DNA of 64,000 nt. Origin: Elusimicrobiota bacterium (lineage in GTDB: Bacteria > Elusimicrobiota > Elusimicrobia > UBA1565). Positions 48,283 to 57,232 of the stretch are shown here, piece after piece. The stretch is from assembly GCA_016218495.1 (NCBI GenBank), contig JACRDU010000155.1:1171-65170 (forward strand). The letters are read 5' to 3'. Position numbers and translations under genes: made by a program. The notes beneath the pieces are model-generated. The model was not told the DNA's origin, did no database searches, and saw nothing but the letters and a program-made list of their open reading frames with translations. Positions within the stretch are counted from its first letter, which is position 1. Each line of letters starts with the position of its first letter.

Positions 48283-48386
48283 CGCCGCCACCCCTTCATG
48301 CTCAGAGTGTAGTCCCGCTCATATATGGAGGCATGGGCCGGGAAGTCCTACCCCGCCCGGACAGAGGGCCTATCCCCCCCTGGGCC

Positions 48387-49811
48387 CTATGACGCGGGGA
48401 TGACGGCATCGTCCCCGAAGCGGTGGGCCCAGGACAGCGTCACCCCGGCGCCGACCAGCGGCATCCAGTGCCAGCCGAAAGGCAGGAGGCCGATGCCCTC
48501 CAGCACCATCGCCGCCGCGCAGACCGCCGTCCCCAGCGCGAGACCGGACAGCGCCGAGCGCGAGGCGGAGCGCGGGCCGAAGACGCCGTACAAGACGAGG
48601 CCGAGGACGGGCCCGTAGGCGGGGGTGCCCAGACGCGCCGCCCAAGGCGCGGCCCAGGGCAGGGCCCCGAAAGTCCAGGCGGCGAGAGCGCAGGCCGCAG
48701 CGGCCGCGCAGACCGTCCAACGCGCGCCGGCCAGACGGACGCGGCCCGGGCGGAGGTCGGCGAGGAAGGCCGCCGCGGACCCGACCAGCGGCAGGTCGAC
48801 CACGGCCGCGAACAGCGCGGCCACGAGCAGCGCGCGCCACCCCAACGACATGTTTTGCACGGCGAAATGCGGGAGGATGGACTCGGCCCGGTCGGGCAAG
48901 GCCATCGCCGTATGCTGTTCGTAGAACGCATAGAGCGCGGCGCCGAGGCCCAAAAGGGCGACCAGCAAGGCGAACGAAGCGAAGACCGAACCCAGCAGAC
49001 CCCGGCGCCCGTCGCCTTCGCGCGCGTTGAGCGCGGCCTGCATCATCTCCTGGTCGGCGGCGAAGGCGGCCAGGGAGCCGAGGAAGCCTCCGGCCAGGGC
49101 GGCCGGACCCCAGGAACGGTCGAACGCGATGCCCAGCAGGAACGGGCCGTCCGGCATCCAGCGCCATACGTCGAGGCGGTGCCCCGCGTCGGCAAGACGC
49201 AGCGCCTCCAGGACTCCCCCGTCGACCCCGGCCGCGGCGTACAGAGCGAACGCCGTCCCCGCCGCGATCAGGAACAGGGCCTGGGCCGCGCCCGCGAAGA
49301 CGACGGCCCGCAGGCCGCCCCACGCGGCCATCCCCGCCGCCGAGACTGCGACCAGGCCAATCCAGCCCGCGCGCGTGCCGCCGGCCAGGGCCGCCAAAGT
49401 GGCGCAGGCCGCCATGAGGCGCACGCCGGTGACGCCCAGGCGCGCGGCCAGGAAGGCGCCCGCCGCCCAACGCCGCGCCCCCGGCCCGTAGCGCTTCTCG
49501 AGCCAACCGTAGGCGGTGGCGCCCGCATCCGCCCGAATCGCCGGCAGCAAGACGACGGCCAGGAAGGCCCGAGCCGCCGCCGAGCCGGCGAAGAACTGCA
49601 GGTACCGCCAGTCCTCGCGGAAAGCCGAGGCGCTGACCCCGAGCAAGGTCATCGCGCTGGCCTCCGCCGCGGCGAACCACAGCGCGGCGGCCCAGGGCGG
49701 GAGGTCTCCGCCCGCCGTGAAGAAATCCCGCTCGTCCTTGGCGGGGCCCAGGACCCAGAGCAGGGACGCCAGGACGGCGAGGACGAGGAAGACGGCGAAC
49801 ATCCCCATCAT
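48387..49811 (-). CDS. Sodium:solute symporter family protein
   Basis: DFFTAGGDLPPWAAALWFAAAEASAMT, YLQFFAG, TAYGWLEKRYG, GGLRAVVF, ADQEMMQ. Confidence 0.88.
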   Translation of the reverse strand: MMGMFAVFLVLAVLASLLWVLGPAKDERDFFTAGGDLPPWAAALWFAAAEASAMTLLGVSASAFREDWRYLQFFAGSAAARAFLAVVLLPAIRADAGATAYGWLEKRYGPGARRWAAGAFLAARLGVTGVRLMAACATLAALAGGTRAGWIGLVAVSAAGMAAWGGLRAVVFAGAAQALFLIAAGTAFALYAAAGVDGGVLEALRLADAGHRLDVWRWMPDGPFLLGIAFDRSWGPAALAGGFLGSLAAFAADQEMMQAALNAREGDGRRGLLGSVFASFALLVALLGLGAALYAFYEQHTAMALPDRAESILPHFAVQNMSLGWRALLVAALFAAVVDLPLVGSAAAFLADLRPGRVRLAGARWTVCAAAAACALAAWTFGALPWAAPWAARLGTPAYGPVLGLVLYGVFGPRSASRSALSGLALGTAVCAAAMVLEGIGLLPFGWHWMPLVGAGVTLSWAHRFGDDAVIPAS

Positions 49812-49917
49812 TTACCCCAGGAGCTCCCCCGCCGCAAGAGGGCCAGCGCCGGCGAATGTCGGGATGCCCCCCCGCAAGATATTTACGCAACAAGAACAGC
49901 GCACTATAATGGAGGCG

Positions 49918-51900
49918 ATGCTAGGCCTAGCCCTGCTTCTGAGCCTGCTGGCCGCCCCCGCGGGCGCGACCGGCGCGGACGCGCCGTTCGACCGAGACGA
50001 GGTCCCGCTCGACGACTCCGATTCCAGGCTGCTGGCGGAGAAGGGCTACGGCTTCGACGCCGAGGGGCTGCTCCGGCCCCCGAAGGGCGGCGACCCTCTG
50101 AGCAAGGAGGACGTCGCCTACCTGCTCGAAGACCTGCGCAGCCGCCGCCGCCTGGCCGACCTCCTGGAAATCAAGCTGATTCAGGACCGCGTGCAGGCCC
50201 AGGGCGTCATGACCGCCGAGGACCGCAAGGCCCTGCGCGCCATCGGCGAGCGCGACTGGCCCATCCTGTCCAAGAGCTCCAAGGCGGATTTGAAGGCCCT
50301 CTTCTCGGACCGCGAGCTGGCGGCCATGGACGCCGCGGCGCCGAAGGCTCCGCTGCCGGAGGCCTCCGTCATCGACCGGCCGTCGGTTCGGCCCAGCCAG
50401 GCGCCCGACCAGATTCCGCTCGGCGACCCCCTCAAGACCTTCTCGGGGACCTTGCTGCCGCTGGGCGCCGCCGCCGCTCCCTCGGCCCCCGCTTCGGCTC
50501 CCTTGCCCGCTCCGGCTCCGGTTCCCGCTCCTGTCCCGCTTCCGCCCCCCTCTCCCGCTCCCGCAGCGCCGCCCCCTGCGCCGCCTCCCGCCCCGGTCCC
50601 CGCTCCTGCCGCCCTCGAAGCCGTTCCTGACGACATCCAGGCTTTGCCCGCGCCTTGGGCCAACGAGGCCCCGGCCGCGGCGCAGCCCGTCGTCCCCGCT
50701 CCCGCTCCGATTCCCGCGGCTCCCGAGCCCCCTCCGCCGCAGCCTGCTCCTGCGCCCGCCCCGCCGGCCGCGGCGCCGGACAACCCTCCCCCGCTTCCCG
50801 AGGAGTCCGAACTGGAGAAGGGAGACCCGTCGGCCTCCCCTGCCGCCGTCCCCGCGGCGGCCGCGCCGGCTCCCGTGCCTGCGGCCGCGCCGTCCATCCC
50901 CCCCGCCCCCCCTCCCCCGGTACCCGCCGCGGCTTTCAAGGCCGAGGCCGCCGTCGACCCCGCCTCGCGGGAGGCCCCGGCCCTCCCCGGCGCCCCCGCC
51001 CCGGCGGCTCCCGCCCCCGCTCCCGCTGTCCCCGCCCATCCCGCCTTCTCGCAGCGGGCATTCGAGGCCTTTCTCGCCACGGTCCCGTACGGGAAGGACG
51101 AGAAGGCGCTGCTGTCCCTTTTGGCGGCGGACCTCCCCGAGCCGGAACGCACGGCGGCCTTCGGGACCGTCATGTCCGGGATGCCCCACATCGTCCTCGA
51201 CTCGCGGCGCGCCGGAGCGGGACGGCTGGCGGTCGGAACCATGCCCGCCGCCGACGGACCCCGCCGCGGCCTCATCGCCGTCAACGACGGCCCCGTGATG
51301 GCCTCGCGCGAGGCTTTCTTCGGGGCGGACGAGGCCCGCTTCCTGCCCGACGACCCCGCCCTCTTCGCCGCCTGGGCGCTCCCCGCGCCCTCGCAGCAGG
51401 CCTTCTCGCGCGAGAACGGCGCCGCCGGCGAGACGGTGACACGCTGGGGGCGCGCCCGCGTCTTCTCGGACGGCTCCAAGCGCCTGGTCGTCTCCGAAGC
51501 CGAGCGCGCCGGCGCGCTCGCGCACGCCCTGCTCATCCTCGACGCCGCCGAAGGCCTGCCCCAAGACCCGTATGGCGCCGAGCTGCGGGCCTGGGCGGGC
51601 GAGTTCCGCTTCTATCAGGCGCTGGAGAGGGCCTCGCGCAAGGAGCCGGAGCTCTCGGGAGGCCTGCTGGCGCTCTACCGCGAATGGCGCGAACGCCCGC
51701 TCGACTTCGTCGACACGGTGATGCACGCGCGCATGACCGGCTCCTCCGCGGACGCCCGCATCCTCGACGAGGCCGGCTTCCCCGGCGCGAAGATCCTCCC
51801 CTCCGCCCCCAAGGCCCTGCCCGCCGCGGGCTCGGAGGCCGAGCGCGCCTGGCTCGAGGCGGAAACGGCCTCCCGCGGCGGCGGGAAGGAGGACGAATGA
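49918..51900 (+). CDS. Secreted Pro/Ala-rich hypothetical protein; N-terminal motifs shared with 26145..27902
   Basis: TATAAT-ggaggcg-ATG; signal peptide; long Pro/Ala linker; C-terminal GALAHALL...AELRAW resembles a degenerate zincin motif. Confidence 0.72.
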   Translation: MLGLALLLSLLAAPAGATGADAPFDRDEVPLDDSDSRLLAEKGYGFDAEGLLRPPKGGDPLSKEDVAYLLEDLRSRRRLADLLEIKLIQDRVQAQGVMTAEDRKALRAIGERDWPILSKSSKADLKALFSDRELAAMDAAAPKAPLPEASVIDRPSVRPSQAPDQIPLGDPLKTFSGTLLPLGAAAAPSAPASAPLPAPAPVPAPVPLPPPSPAPAAPPPAPPPAPVPAPAALEAVPDDIQALPAPWANEAPAAAQPVVPAPAPIPAAPEPPPPQPAPAPAPPAAAPDNPPPLPEESELEKGDPSASPAAVPAAAAPAPVPAAAPSIPPAPPPPVPAAAFKAEAAVDPASREAPALPGAPAPAAPAPAPAVPAHPAFSQRAFEAFLATVPYGKDEKALLSLLAADLPEPERTAAFGTVMSGMPHIVLDSRRAGAGRLAVGTMPAADGPRRGLIAVNDGPVMASREAFFGADEARFLPDDPALFAAWALPAPSQQAFSRENGAAGETVTRWGRARVFSDGSKRLVVSEAERAGALAHALLILDAAEGLPQDPYGAELRAWAGEFRFYQALERASRKEPELSGGLLALYREWRERPLDFVDTVMHARMTGSSADARILDEAGFPGAKILPSAPKALPAAGSEAERAWLEAETASRGGGKEDE

Positions 51901-52439
51901 GGCTCCTGCTGGCCATGGCCTTCCTCGCCCTTCCGGCGCGCGCCGCCGACGACCTCGTCCCCTATTCGCCGCCCAGCCGCAGCTTCTCCTGCACCCTGCC
52001 AGTGGGCTGGACGGCCTTCGAGCAGGCGACCCCGGTCGGCACCGTCGCGCACGTGGTCGGCCCCGAGGTGACGGCGGGCTGGCGGCCGGCCTACCACGTC
52101 CACTCGGTGGAGAAGGGCAAGCCGGGCTGGCGCACGCCCCGGCAGATGCTCAAGGCCCTGCGCCGCTCCGACGACTCCGCCAAACGCTCCTCCAGCGGCT
52201 TGGTCTCCTGGCGCGTGGGCCGCAAGTCGTCGCGCATCTTCGAGGTCAGCGAGCGGCGGGTGGTCCCGGCCGGCCGCCTTCCCTCGGAGCTGCTCGGCCT
52301 GCACCATTTCTACGCCTACATCCCCGGCGTCGGGGACGACTATCTCATCGTGAAGCTGACCACGCGCGAGGCCGACTTCCTCGAATACCGCCGGGAGTTC
52401 TACCGCTTCCTGGACTCCTTGCGCTTCCTGGGGGGCTGA
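51897..52439 (+). CDS. Small secreted hypothetical protein (PsbP/DcrB-like fold suspected)
   Basis: ATGA overlap; signal peptide MRLLLAMAFLALPARA; FSCTLPVGW and FYRFLDSLRF. Confidence 0.7.
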   Translation: MRLLLAMAFLALPARAADDLVPYSPPSRSFSCTLPVGWTAFEQATPVGTVAHVVGPEVTAGWRPAYHVHSVEKGKPGWRTPRQMLKALRRSDDSAKRSSSGLVSWRVGRKSSRIFEVSERRVVPAGRLPSELLGLHHFYAYIPGVGDDYLIVKLTTREADFLEYRREFYRFLDSLRFLGG

Positions 52440-52807
52440 TGGCGGCGACGAAGTTCCGCTGCCCGCGCTGCCGGACCCTGCTCGAGAAGGGCGCCGGAGC
52501 CTTCGTGATGGGCTGGGCGGGCTACAAGCCCCGGCACGACGACCCCCTGCCCCCTTCGGTGACCTGTCCCCGCTGCGCCTGCGCCATCCCCACGGCGCCT
52601 ATGGTGGCCGGGGAATTCGACGAGAAGCCCGACTGGTTCACGCCGCTGGCCCTGGCGCTGTCCGGAGCGGCGGGGTTCGCGTGGCGCTACGGCTGCGGCC
52701 GCGGGGCCGGCGAGTCCTGGGGCGTGGCATTCGCCAGCCTGTGCGCGCTGGTCGGGGCGGCGACGGTCTTCGACCGGGCCCGGGCCGCCCTCAAGAAGCG
52801 GGGATGA
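52439..52807 (+). CDS. Zinc-ribbon membrane protein, hypothetical
   Basis: Two CPRC motifs and two TM segments; coupled start. Confidence 0.65.
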   Translation: MAATKFRCPRCRTLLEKGAGAFVMGWAGYKPRHDDPLPPSVTCPRCACAIPTAPMVAGEFDEKPDWFTPLALALSGAAGFAWRYGCGRGAGESWGVAFASLCALVGAATVFDRARAALKKRG

Positions 52808-53897
52808 CCTTGCCCAGGACGCGCCGTCCGCGCGCGCCGGTCGCTCCCGGACAGCCGTTCGGCCGCCCCTTCACCGCGTAGAGCCCCAGCACCGCCATCA
52901 GCGTCGGCTCTTTGGCCAGCGGGGGCAGGCCGTGCGCCGCGCTCGAGACCACCGGCAGCGGGAGGAGGCGGGCAAGGTCGCGCATCAGGACCGGGTTGAG
53001 CGCCCCTCCCCCGCTGACCACCATCTCGCGCACCTTCGCGCGGGGCAGGAGGAAGCGCTTGGCCTGGTCGGCGATGGAGGCGGCCGTGAACAAGGTGGCC
53101 GTCGCCAGGGCGTCTTCGTGGCGGTAGCGCTTCGTCGGCAGCCAGCGCTCGAGGAAGCCCTCGGCGAAGGCGCCCCGGTCGAGGCTCTTGGGGGGGCGGC
53201 GCGAGAAGAACGGCAGCCCGAGCAGCCTCCCCACCAGCCGGGCGTCGGCCCAGCCGCGCGCCGCCAGGCGTCCGCCGCGGTCGAAGTCGAAGCGCCCCTT
53301 GCTGGCGCGGCGGGCGGCGGCGTCCATCACCGCGTTGCCGGGCCCCGTGTCGAAGGCGACGACCGGGACCCCGCGGCCTACCAAGGCCGCGTTGGCCACC
53401 CCGCCGATGTTCTGGAGGATGCGCGCCGGGCCGGCGCCGAAGAGGAGTTCGTCCAGGAACGGCACCAGCGGCGCTCCCTGTCCTCCCGCCGCCATGTCGC
53501 GGGGGCGGAAGTCGCAGGCCACCGGCACGCCCAGGGCCTCGGCCAGGAAGGAGGCCTCGCCGACCTGCAGGGTCGAAGGGTCCCGGGCGTCGGGCCGGTG
53601 GATGACGGTCTGGCCGTGGGTCCCGACCGCCGCCAGGCGGCGCGGAGCCGTCCGCGCGTCCTTGAGGAACCGGACGGCGGCCTTGGCGAAGGCCCGGCCC
53701 AGCTCGAAGTCGAGGGCAGAGAGCTCGGCCGCCCGCATCGTCGGCGCGGCCAGGATCCGCGCCCTCAGGCCCGGCGGATAGGGGAAGGTGGCATCGCTCA
53801 GGACGCGGACCCCGGAAGCCGACACGCCGACCAGGGCGAGCGAGACCCCGTCGGCCGAGGTGCCGGACATCAGGCCCAGGCAGAGCTCAGCGCGCAC
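52791..53897 (-). CDS. anmK: Anhydro-N-acetylmuramic acid kinase
   Basis: GLMSGTSADG, GTHGQT, DFRPRDMAAGGQGAPLVP, NIGGVAN, FDTGPGN, SGGGALN. Confidence 0.96.
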   Translation of the reverse strand: MRAELCLGLMSGTSADGVSLALVGVSASGVRVLSDATFPYPPGLRARILAAPTMRAAELSALDFELGRAFAKAAVRFLKDARTAPRRLAAVGTHGQTVIHRPDARDPSTLQVGEASFLAEALGVPVACDFRPRDMAAGGQGAPLVPFLDELLFGAGPARILQNIGGVANAALVGRGVPVVAFDTGPGNAVMDAAARRASKGRFDFDRGGRLAARGWADARLVGRLLGLPFFSRRPPKSLDRGAFAEGFLERWLPTKRYRHEDALATATLFTAASIADQAKRFLLPRAKVREMVVSGGGALNPVLMRDLARLLPLPVVSSAAHGLPPLAKEPTLMAVLGLYAVKGRPNGCPGATGARGRRVLGKVIPAS

Positions 53898-54900
53898 GCT
53901 CGAACCCCGTCTTCAGCCGCGCGAAGCCCACGTCGTAGCGGTGCGGGATGTTCATGTGCCCGCCCTCGTGCTCCTCGTGGACGAAGGGCACCTTCAGGCG
54001 CTTGAGCTCGCGCGCCAGGGCGCGCGCGCCCATATGGAGGTGGAACTCGTCCTTGACCCCGCAGTCGAAGTAGAGGGTCTTGAGGGACTTGAGCGCCTTC
54101 GCATGCTTGGCGGCCAGCCGCACCGGGTCGTGCTCGAGCCAGCGCGCGAAGACCTCTTCGACCGTCTGGCCGGTCAGGGGGTCGAAGGGCAGGTCGAATC
54201 CCAGCGGGCTCTTGGGGTTGGGCGAGTAGGTGGAGGCCATCCCCGCCATGTTGAGCAGCGAGTGGTCCAGGCGGTCCTTGTCGCGCGCCGCCGCGAAAGC
54301 CTCGAGGAACTTCTTGAAGTCGCCGCCGTAGGCCGCCAGCGCGTTCACGCAGTTGGGGAAGTCGGCCGCGCAGGAGACCTCGAAGAGGGAGTCCCCCGAA
54401 TGGCTGACGCAGTGCCCGAAGACGTCGGGGTGGCGCATCGACAGGACGAGCGCCGCGTACCCGCCGCTGGACTTCCCCATCAGGGCGCGCCCGGCGGGGA
54501 CGGCCCGGGTCCGGTACTTCGAATCGATGTAGCCCACCAGCTCGCAGACGAGGTGGTCCTCGTAGCGGCCGGTCCCCTCCGAGTTGATGTACTGCCCGCC
54601 GCCGTAGCGCGTGAAGCCGTCGGGCATCACCAGGACGGCCTCGGGAGCGCGCCCCTCGCCGATGAGGCGGTCGAAGCGCTCGATGGGGTTCTCGCGCCAG
54701 GGGTGGCTCAGCGCCGTCCACTTGGCCAGGCCCGTGAACCCCTGGAGGAAGTAGACGGCCGGATAGCGGCGTTCGGTGCCCTCGAAATAGGACGGAGGGA
54801 GGTAGACCGGGACCTCGCGCAGGCGCGGGTCTCCGAGCGGATTCCCCTTCAAGACGACGCTCCCGACCGTCTCCATCAGCAGCTTGCCGGCAAGAGCCAT
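53887..54900 (-). CDS. Putative esterase (alpha/beta hydrolase, Fes/antigen-85-like)
   Basis: Start ATG 54900; VYLPPSY, GGQYINS, nucleophile elbow GKSSGG, FDCG, GGH. Confidence 0.88.
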   Translation of the reverse strand: MALAGKLLMETVGSVVLKGNPLGDPRLREVPVYLPPSYFEGTERRYPAVYFLQGFTGLAKWTALSHPWRENPIERFDRLIGEGRAPEAVLVMPDGFTRYGGGQYINSEGTGRYEDHLVCELVGYIDSKYRTRAVPAGRALMGKSSGGYAALVLSMRHPDVFGHCVSHSGDSLFEVSCAADFPNCVNALAAYGGDFKKFLEAFAAARDKDRLDHSLLNMAGMASTYSPNPKSPLGFDLPFDPLTGQTVEEVFARWLEHDPVRLAAKHAKALKSLKTLYFDCGVKDEFHLHMGARALARELKRLKVPFVHEEHEGGHMNIPHRYDVGFARLKTGFERAR

Positions 54901-55805
54901 CACGCCTCCCCGAGCGCCACCCGCAGCGAGCCCTGATGGCGCGCCAGCAGGCGGCGCGCCTCGGCGCGCCCCAGGCCGAGGCGCGCCATGACCGCGGCGG
55001 TCTTCACGTGCTTCCCCGACTCCCTGAAGAGCCGCTCCGCGCGGCGCGGGCCCACGCCGCCCACGCGCGAGATGACCCGGACCGCGCGGAACACCAGCTT
55101 GCGGTTCGTGGGCCGCAGGTCCACCATCCAGTTGTCGTAGACCTTGTGCAGTCGGACCATCGCGGCCGTGGACATGGCGTTCAATACCAGCTTCGCGGCC
55201 GTGCCGCACTTGAGGCGGGTCGAGCCGGACAGCACCTCGGGGCCCGTGCAGGGCGCGATGACGACTTCGGCCTCCGGCAGGGGCACGCGCGCGTTGGAGG
55301 TCACGAATACGGTCCGGCAGCCCCGGCGCTTCGCCTCGCGCAGGGCCCCGCGCACGAAAGGAGTCACCCCGCTGGCCGCGACCCCGACGACGAGGTCGCC
55401 TTTGCGGGCCCGGCGTCGGACCTCTCGCGCGGCGGCGGAGGCGTCGTCCTCGGCGCCCTCCTTGGACCTGAAGACCGCCCCGCGCCCCCCCGCCATCACG
55501 GCGACCACGCGCCCGGGCGGCGTGCCGAAGGTGGGAGGCAGCTCGGCGGCCTCGAGGACGCAGAGGCGGCCGCTCGTGCCGGCGCCGAACAGGAAGACCC
55601 GCCCGCCGCCGGCCAGGGCCGCGGCGAAGAACTCCGCGGCCTTGGCGATGCGGGAGGCCTCCGCGGCCACCGCGCGCGGGACGACCGCGTCCTCGCGGCA
55701 CATCATGGAGACGACGGCGGACAGCGCCCGCCTATCGAGGCCGCGGGAGGCGGGGTTGGGCTGCTCGGTCGGGAGCAGGCGGTAGCGCGCCGCCAAGCCG
55801 GCCAT
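54900..55805 (-). CDS. murQ: N-acetylmuramic acid 6-phosphate etherase
   Basis: TEQPNP, GAGTSGRL, ELPPTFG, EGAED, AASGVTPFV, GPEVLSGSTRLKCGTA, NWMVD. Confidence 0.96.
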   Translation of the reverse strand: MAGLAARYRLLPTEQPNPASRGLDRRALSAVVSMMCREDAVVPRAVAAEASRIAKAAEFFAAALAGGGRVFLFGAGTSGRLCVLEAAELPPTFGTPPGRVVAVMAGGRGAVFRSKEGAEDDASAAAREVRRRARKGDLVVGVAASGVTPFVRGALREAKRRGCRTVFVTSNARVPLPEAEVVIAPCTGPEVLSGSTRLKCGTAAKLVLNAMSTAAMVRLHKVYDNWMVDLRPTNRKLVFRAVRVISRVGGVGPRRAERLFRESGKHVKTAAVMARLGLGRAEARRLLARHQGSLRVALGEA

Positions 55806-56707
55806 CAGTCGGCCAGCGAAGGGTCGGGCTCGTCGGACCCGGAAGGGGTCCCGGTCGACGGGACGGCGGACGGGTCCGAGCCCTCGATCCCCCCGAGGGT
55901 GTCGGTCGAGACGGAGAGGTCCGGGGCCTTCACCGGGCTGTCGATCCAGTCCAGGACCTGGTCCATCACGCCCTTGTTGTAATAGAGGATGCGCGTCCCG
56001 TGCCCCTTGGGCGCCTGCAGGAGGGCGGCGTTCTGCTCGCCGACCGCCTGCTTGGCGAACTGGTAGAGGATGGCCGTCTCAGCCACGGCCTTGCGGTCGT
56101 CCTCCCCGATGACGAACAGGATGGGCCTGTCCTTGTAGGCGCGCACCGCGTTGACGGTCGGGATGTCGCGGTAGCTCATGCCCGCGGAGAGGACGAACAC
56201 CATCGCGATCTCCGGATGGAGCGCGGCGTACTTCAGGCCGATGCTCGCCCCGAGGTCCGCCCCGCCGATGGCCACGGCCTCGGCCGGGACGCCTTTCTCC
56301 TCGAGGAACTTGGCTGCCGCGGCGATGTCCTCGCGGATGTCTTCGTACGGGTTGTCGCGCTTGGTGACGATGAACTCGCGCCAGGACGCGGGCTTCCCCG
56401 GCGGGGCCTTGATGCTGGCCCCGTGTCCCCGCATGTCGATGGCGAGATAGCCCACCCCGCGCGCCGCGAGCTTGCGGGCGAAGTGGTACCAGTTCTGCAG
56501 CCGGCCCCGGCCGTCATGGAGCAGGATGAAGGTCAGCTGGTCCTCTTCCTTGGACGCCGAATAGCGGCCTACGATGGTCCAGCCGTCCGAGGTCTGGAAC
56601 TCGACGGCCTCCCCCGGGAGCTCCCGCGAGGCCGGCTTCTTGGCCGTCTCCGCCGAGAATGCGGGACAGACGGCCAGGGCCAGCGCGGCGGCGGTCAGCC
56701 GATTCAC
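55805..56707 (-). CDS. Secreted alpha/beta-fold hydrolase
   Basis: Signal peptide; LLHD, IDMRGHGAS, elbow GADLG, GHG. Confidence 0.85.
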   Translation of the reverse strand: MNRLTAAALALAVCPAFSAETAKKPASRELPGEAVEFQTSDGWTIVGRYSASKEEDQLTFILLHDGRGRLQNWYHFARKLAARGVGYLAIDMRGHGASIKAPPGKPASWREFIVTKRDNPYEDIREDIAAAAKFLEEKGVPAEAVAIGGADLGASIGLKYAALHPEIAMVFVLSAGMSYRDIPTVNAVRAYKDRPILFVIGEDDRKAVAETAILYQFAKQAVGEQNAALLQAPKGHGTRILYYNKGVMDQVLDWIDSPVKAPDLSVSTDTLGGIEGSDPSAVPSTGTPSGSDEPDPSLAD

Positions 56708-57177
56708 GCCTTGGCGAGGGAGCCGCTGACGATCTCGTCGGCGGTGAACCAGAGCTTGACCTCGCGGACGGCGTCGCCCGCGTTCCCGGAGGCGTGGATG
56801 ACGTTCTCGAACTGCCCCTGCGTGGTCACGCGCCCGAAGGTACCCCGGATGGTGCCGGGGTCCGCCTGCTCCGGATTGGTCGCGCCGGCGATGGCGCGCA
56901 CGCGCTTGATGGCGTCATCGCCCTCATAGACCAGCGCCAGGATGCGGTTCTCGGGGATGGCGTGGAACTCTCCCTGTATGTAGCGGATGAGGTTGGGGAA
57001 GAAGGGCTTGTCGGAAAGCTCCTTATAGTGCTCCTTCGCCAGCGTCTCCGTGACCCGCACGACCTTGGCGGCCACCAACTGCAGGCCGGACGCGTCGAGC
57101 CGGTCGATCGCCAGTCCGGTGAGGCGGCGCTTGGCGCCGTCGGGCTTGATGAGGATGAGCGTTTGTTCGATTGCCAT
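56704..57177 (-). CDS. ndk: Nucleoside diphosphate kinase
   Basis: EQTLILIKPDG, KEHY, KPFF, GATNP, PGTIRG, NVIHAS. Confidence 0.96.
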   Translation of the reverse strand: MAIEQTLILIKPDGAKRRLTGLAIDRLDASGLQLVAAKVVRVTETLAKEHYKELSDKPFFPNLIRYIQGEFHAIPENRILALVYEGDDAIKRVRAIAGATNPEQADPGTIRGTFGRVTTQGQFENVIHASGNAGDAVREVKLWFTADEIVSGSLAKA

Positions 57178-57196
57178 GATGGCCGATGCTACAAAA

Positions 57197-57225
57197 TTGA
57201 CTCCCCACCGGCAATCTGTTACACT
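57197..57225 (+). promoter_or_regulatory. Sigma70 promoter TTGACT-N17-TACACT (leaderless transcript of the response regulator-lysS operon)
   Basis: TTGACT 57197-57202, 17-nt spacer, TACACT 57220-57225, GTG start 7 nt later. Confidence 0.8.
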
Positions 57226-57232
57226 CCGCGAC

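Noticed and set aside
50470-51040. Repetitive CCCGCTCC/GCCCC tract
   Set aside because: Encodes the Pro/Ala linker of 49918..51900; no fixed repeat-spacer period, so not a CRISPR array or tandem DNA element.
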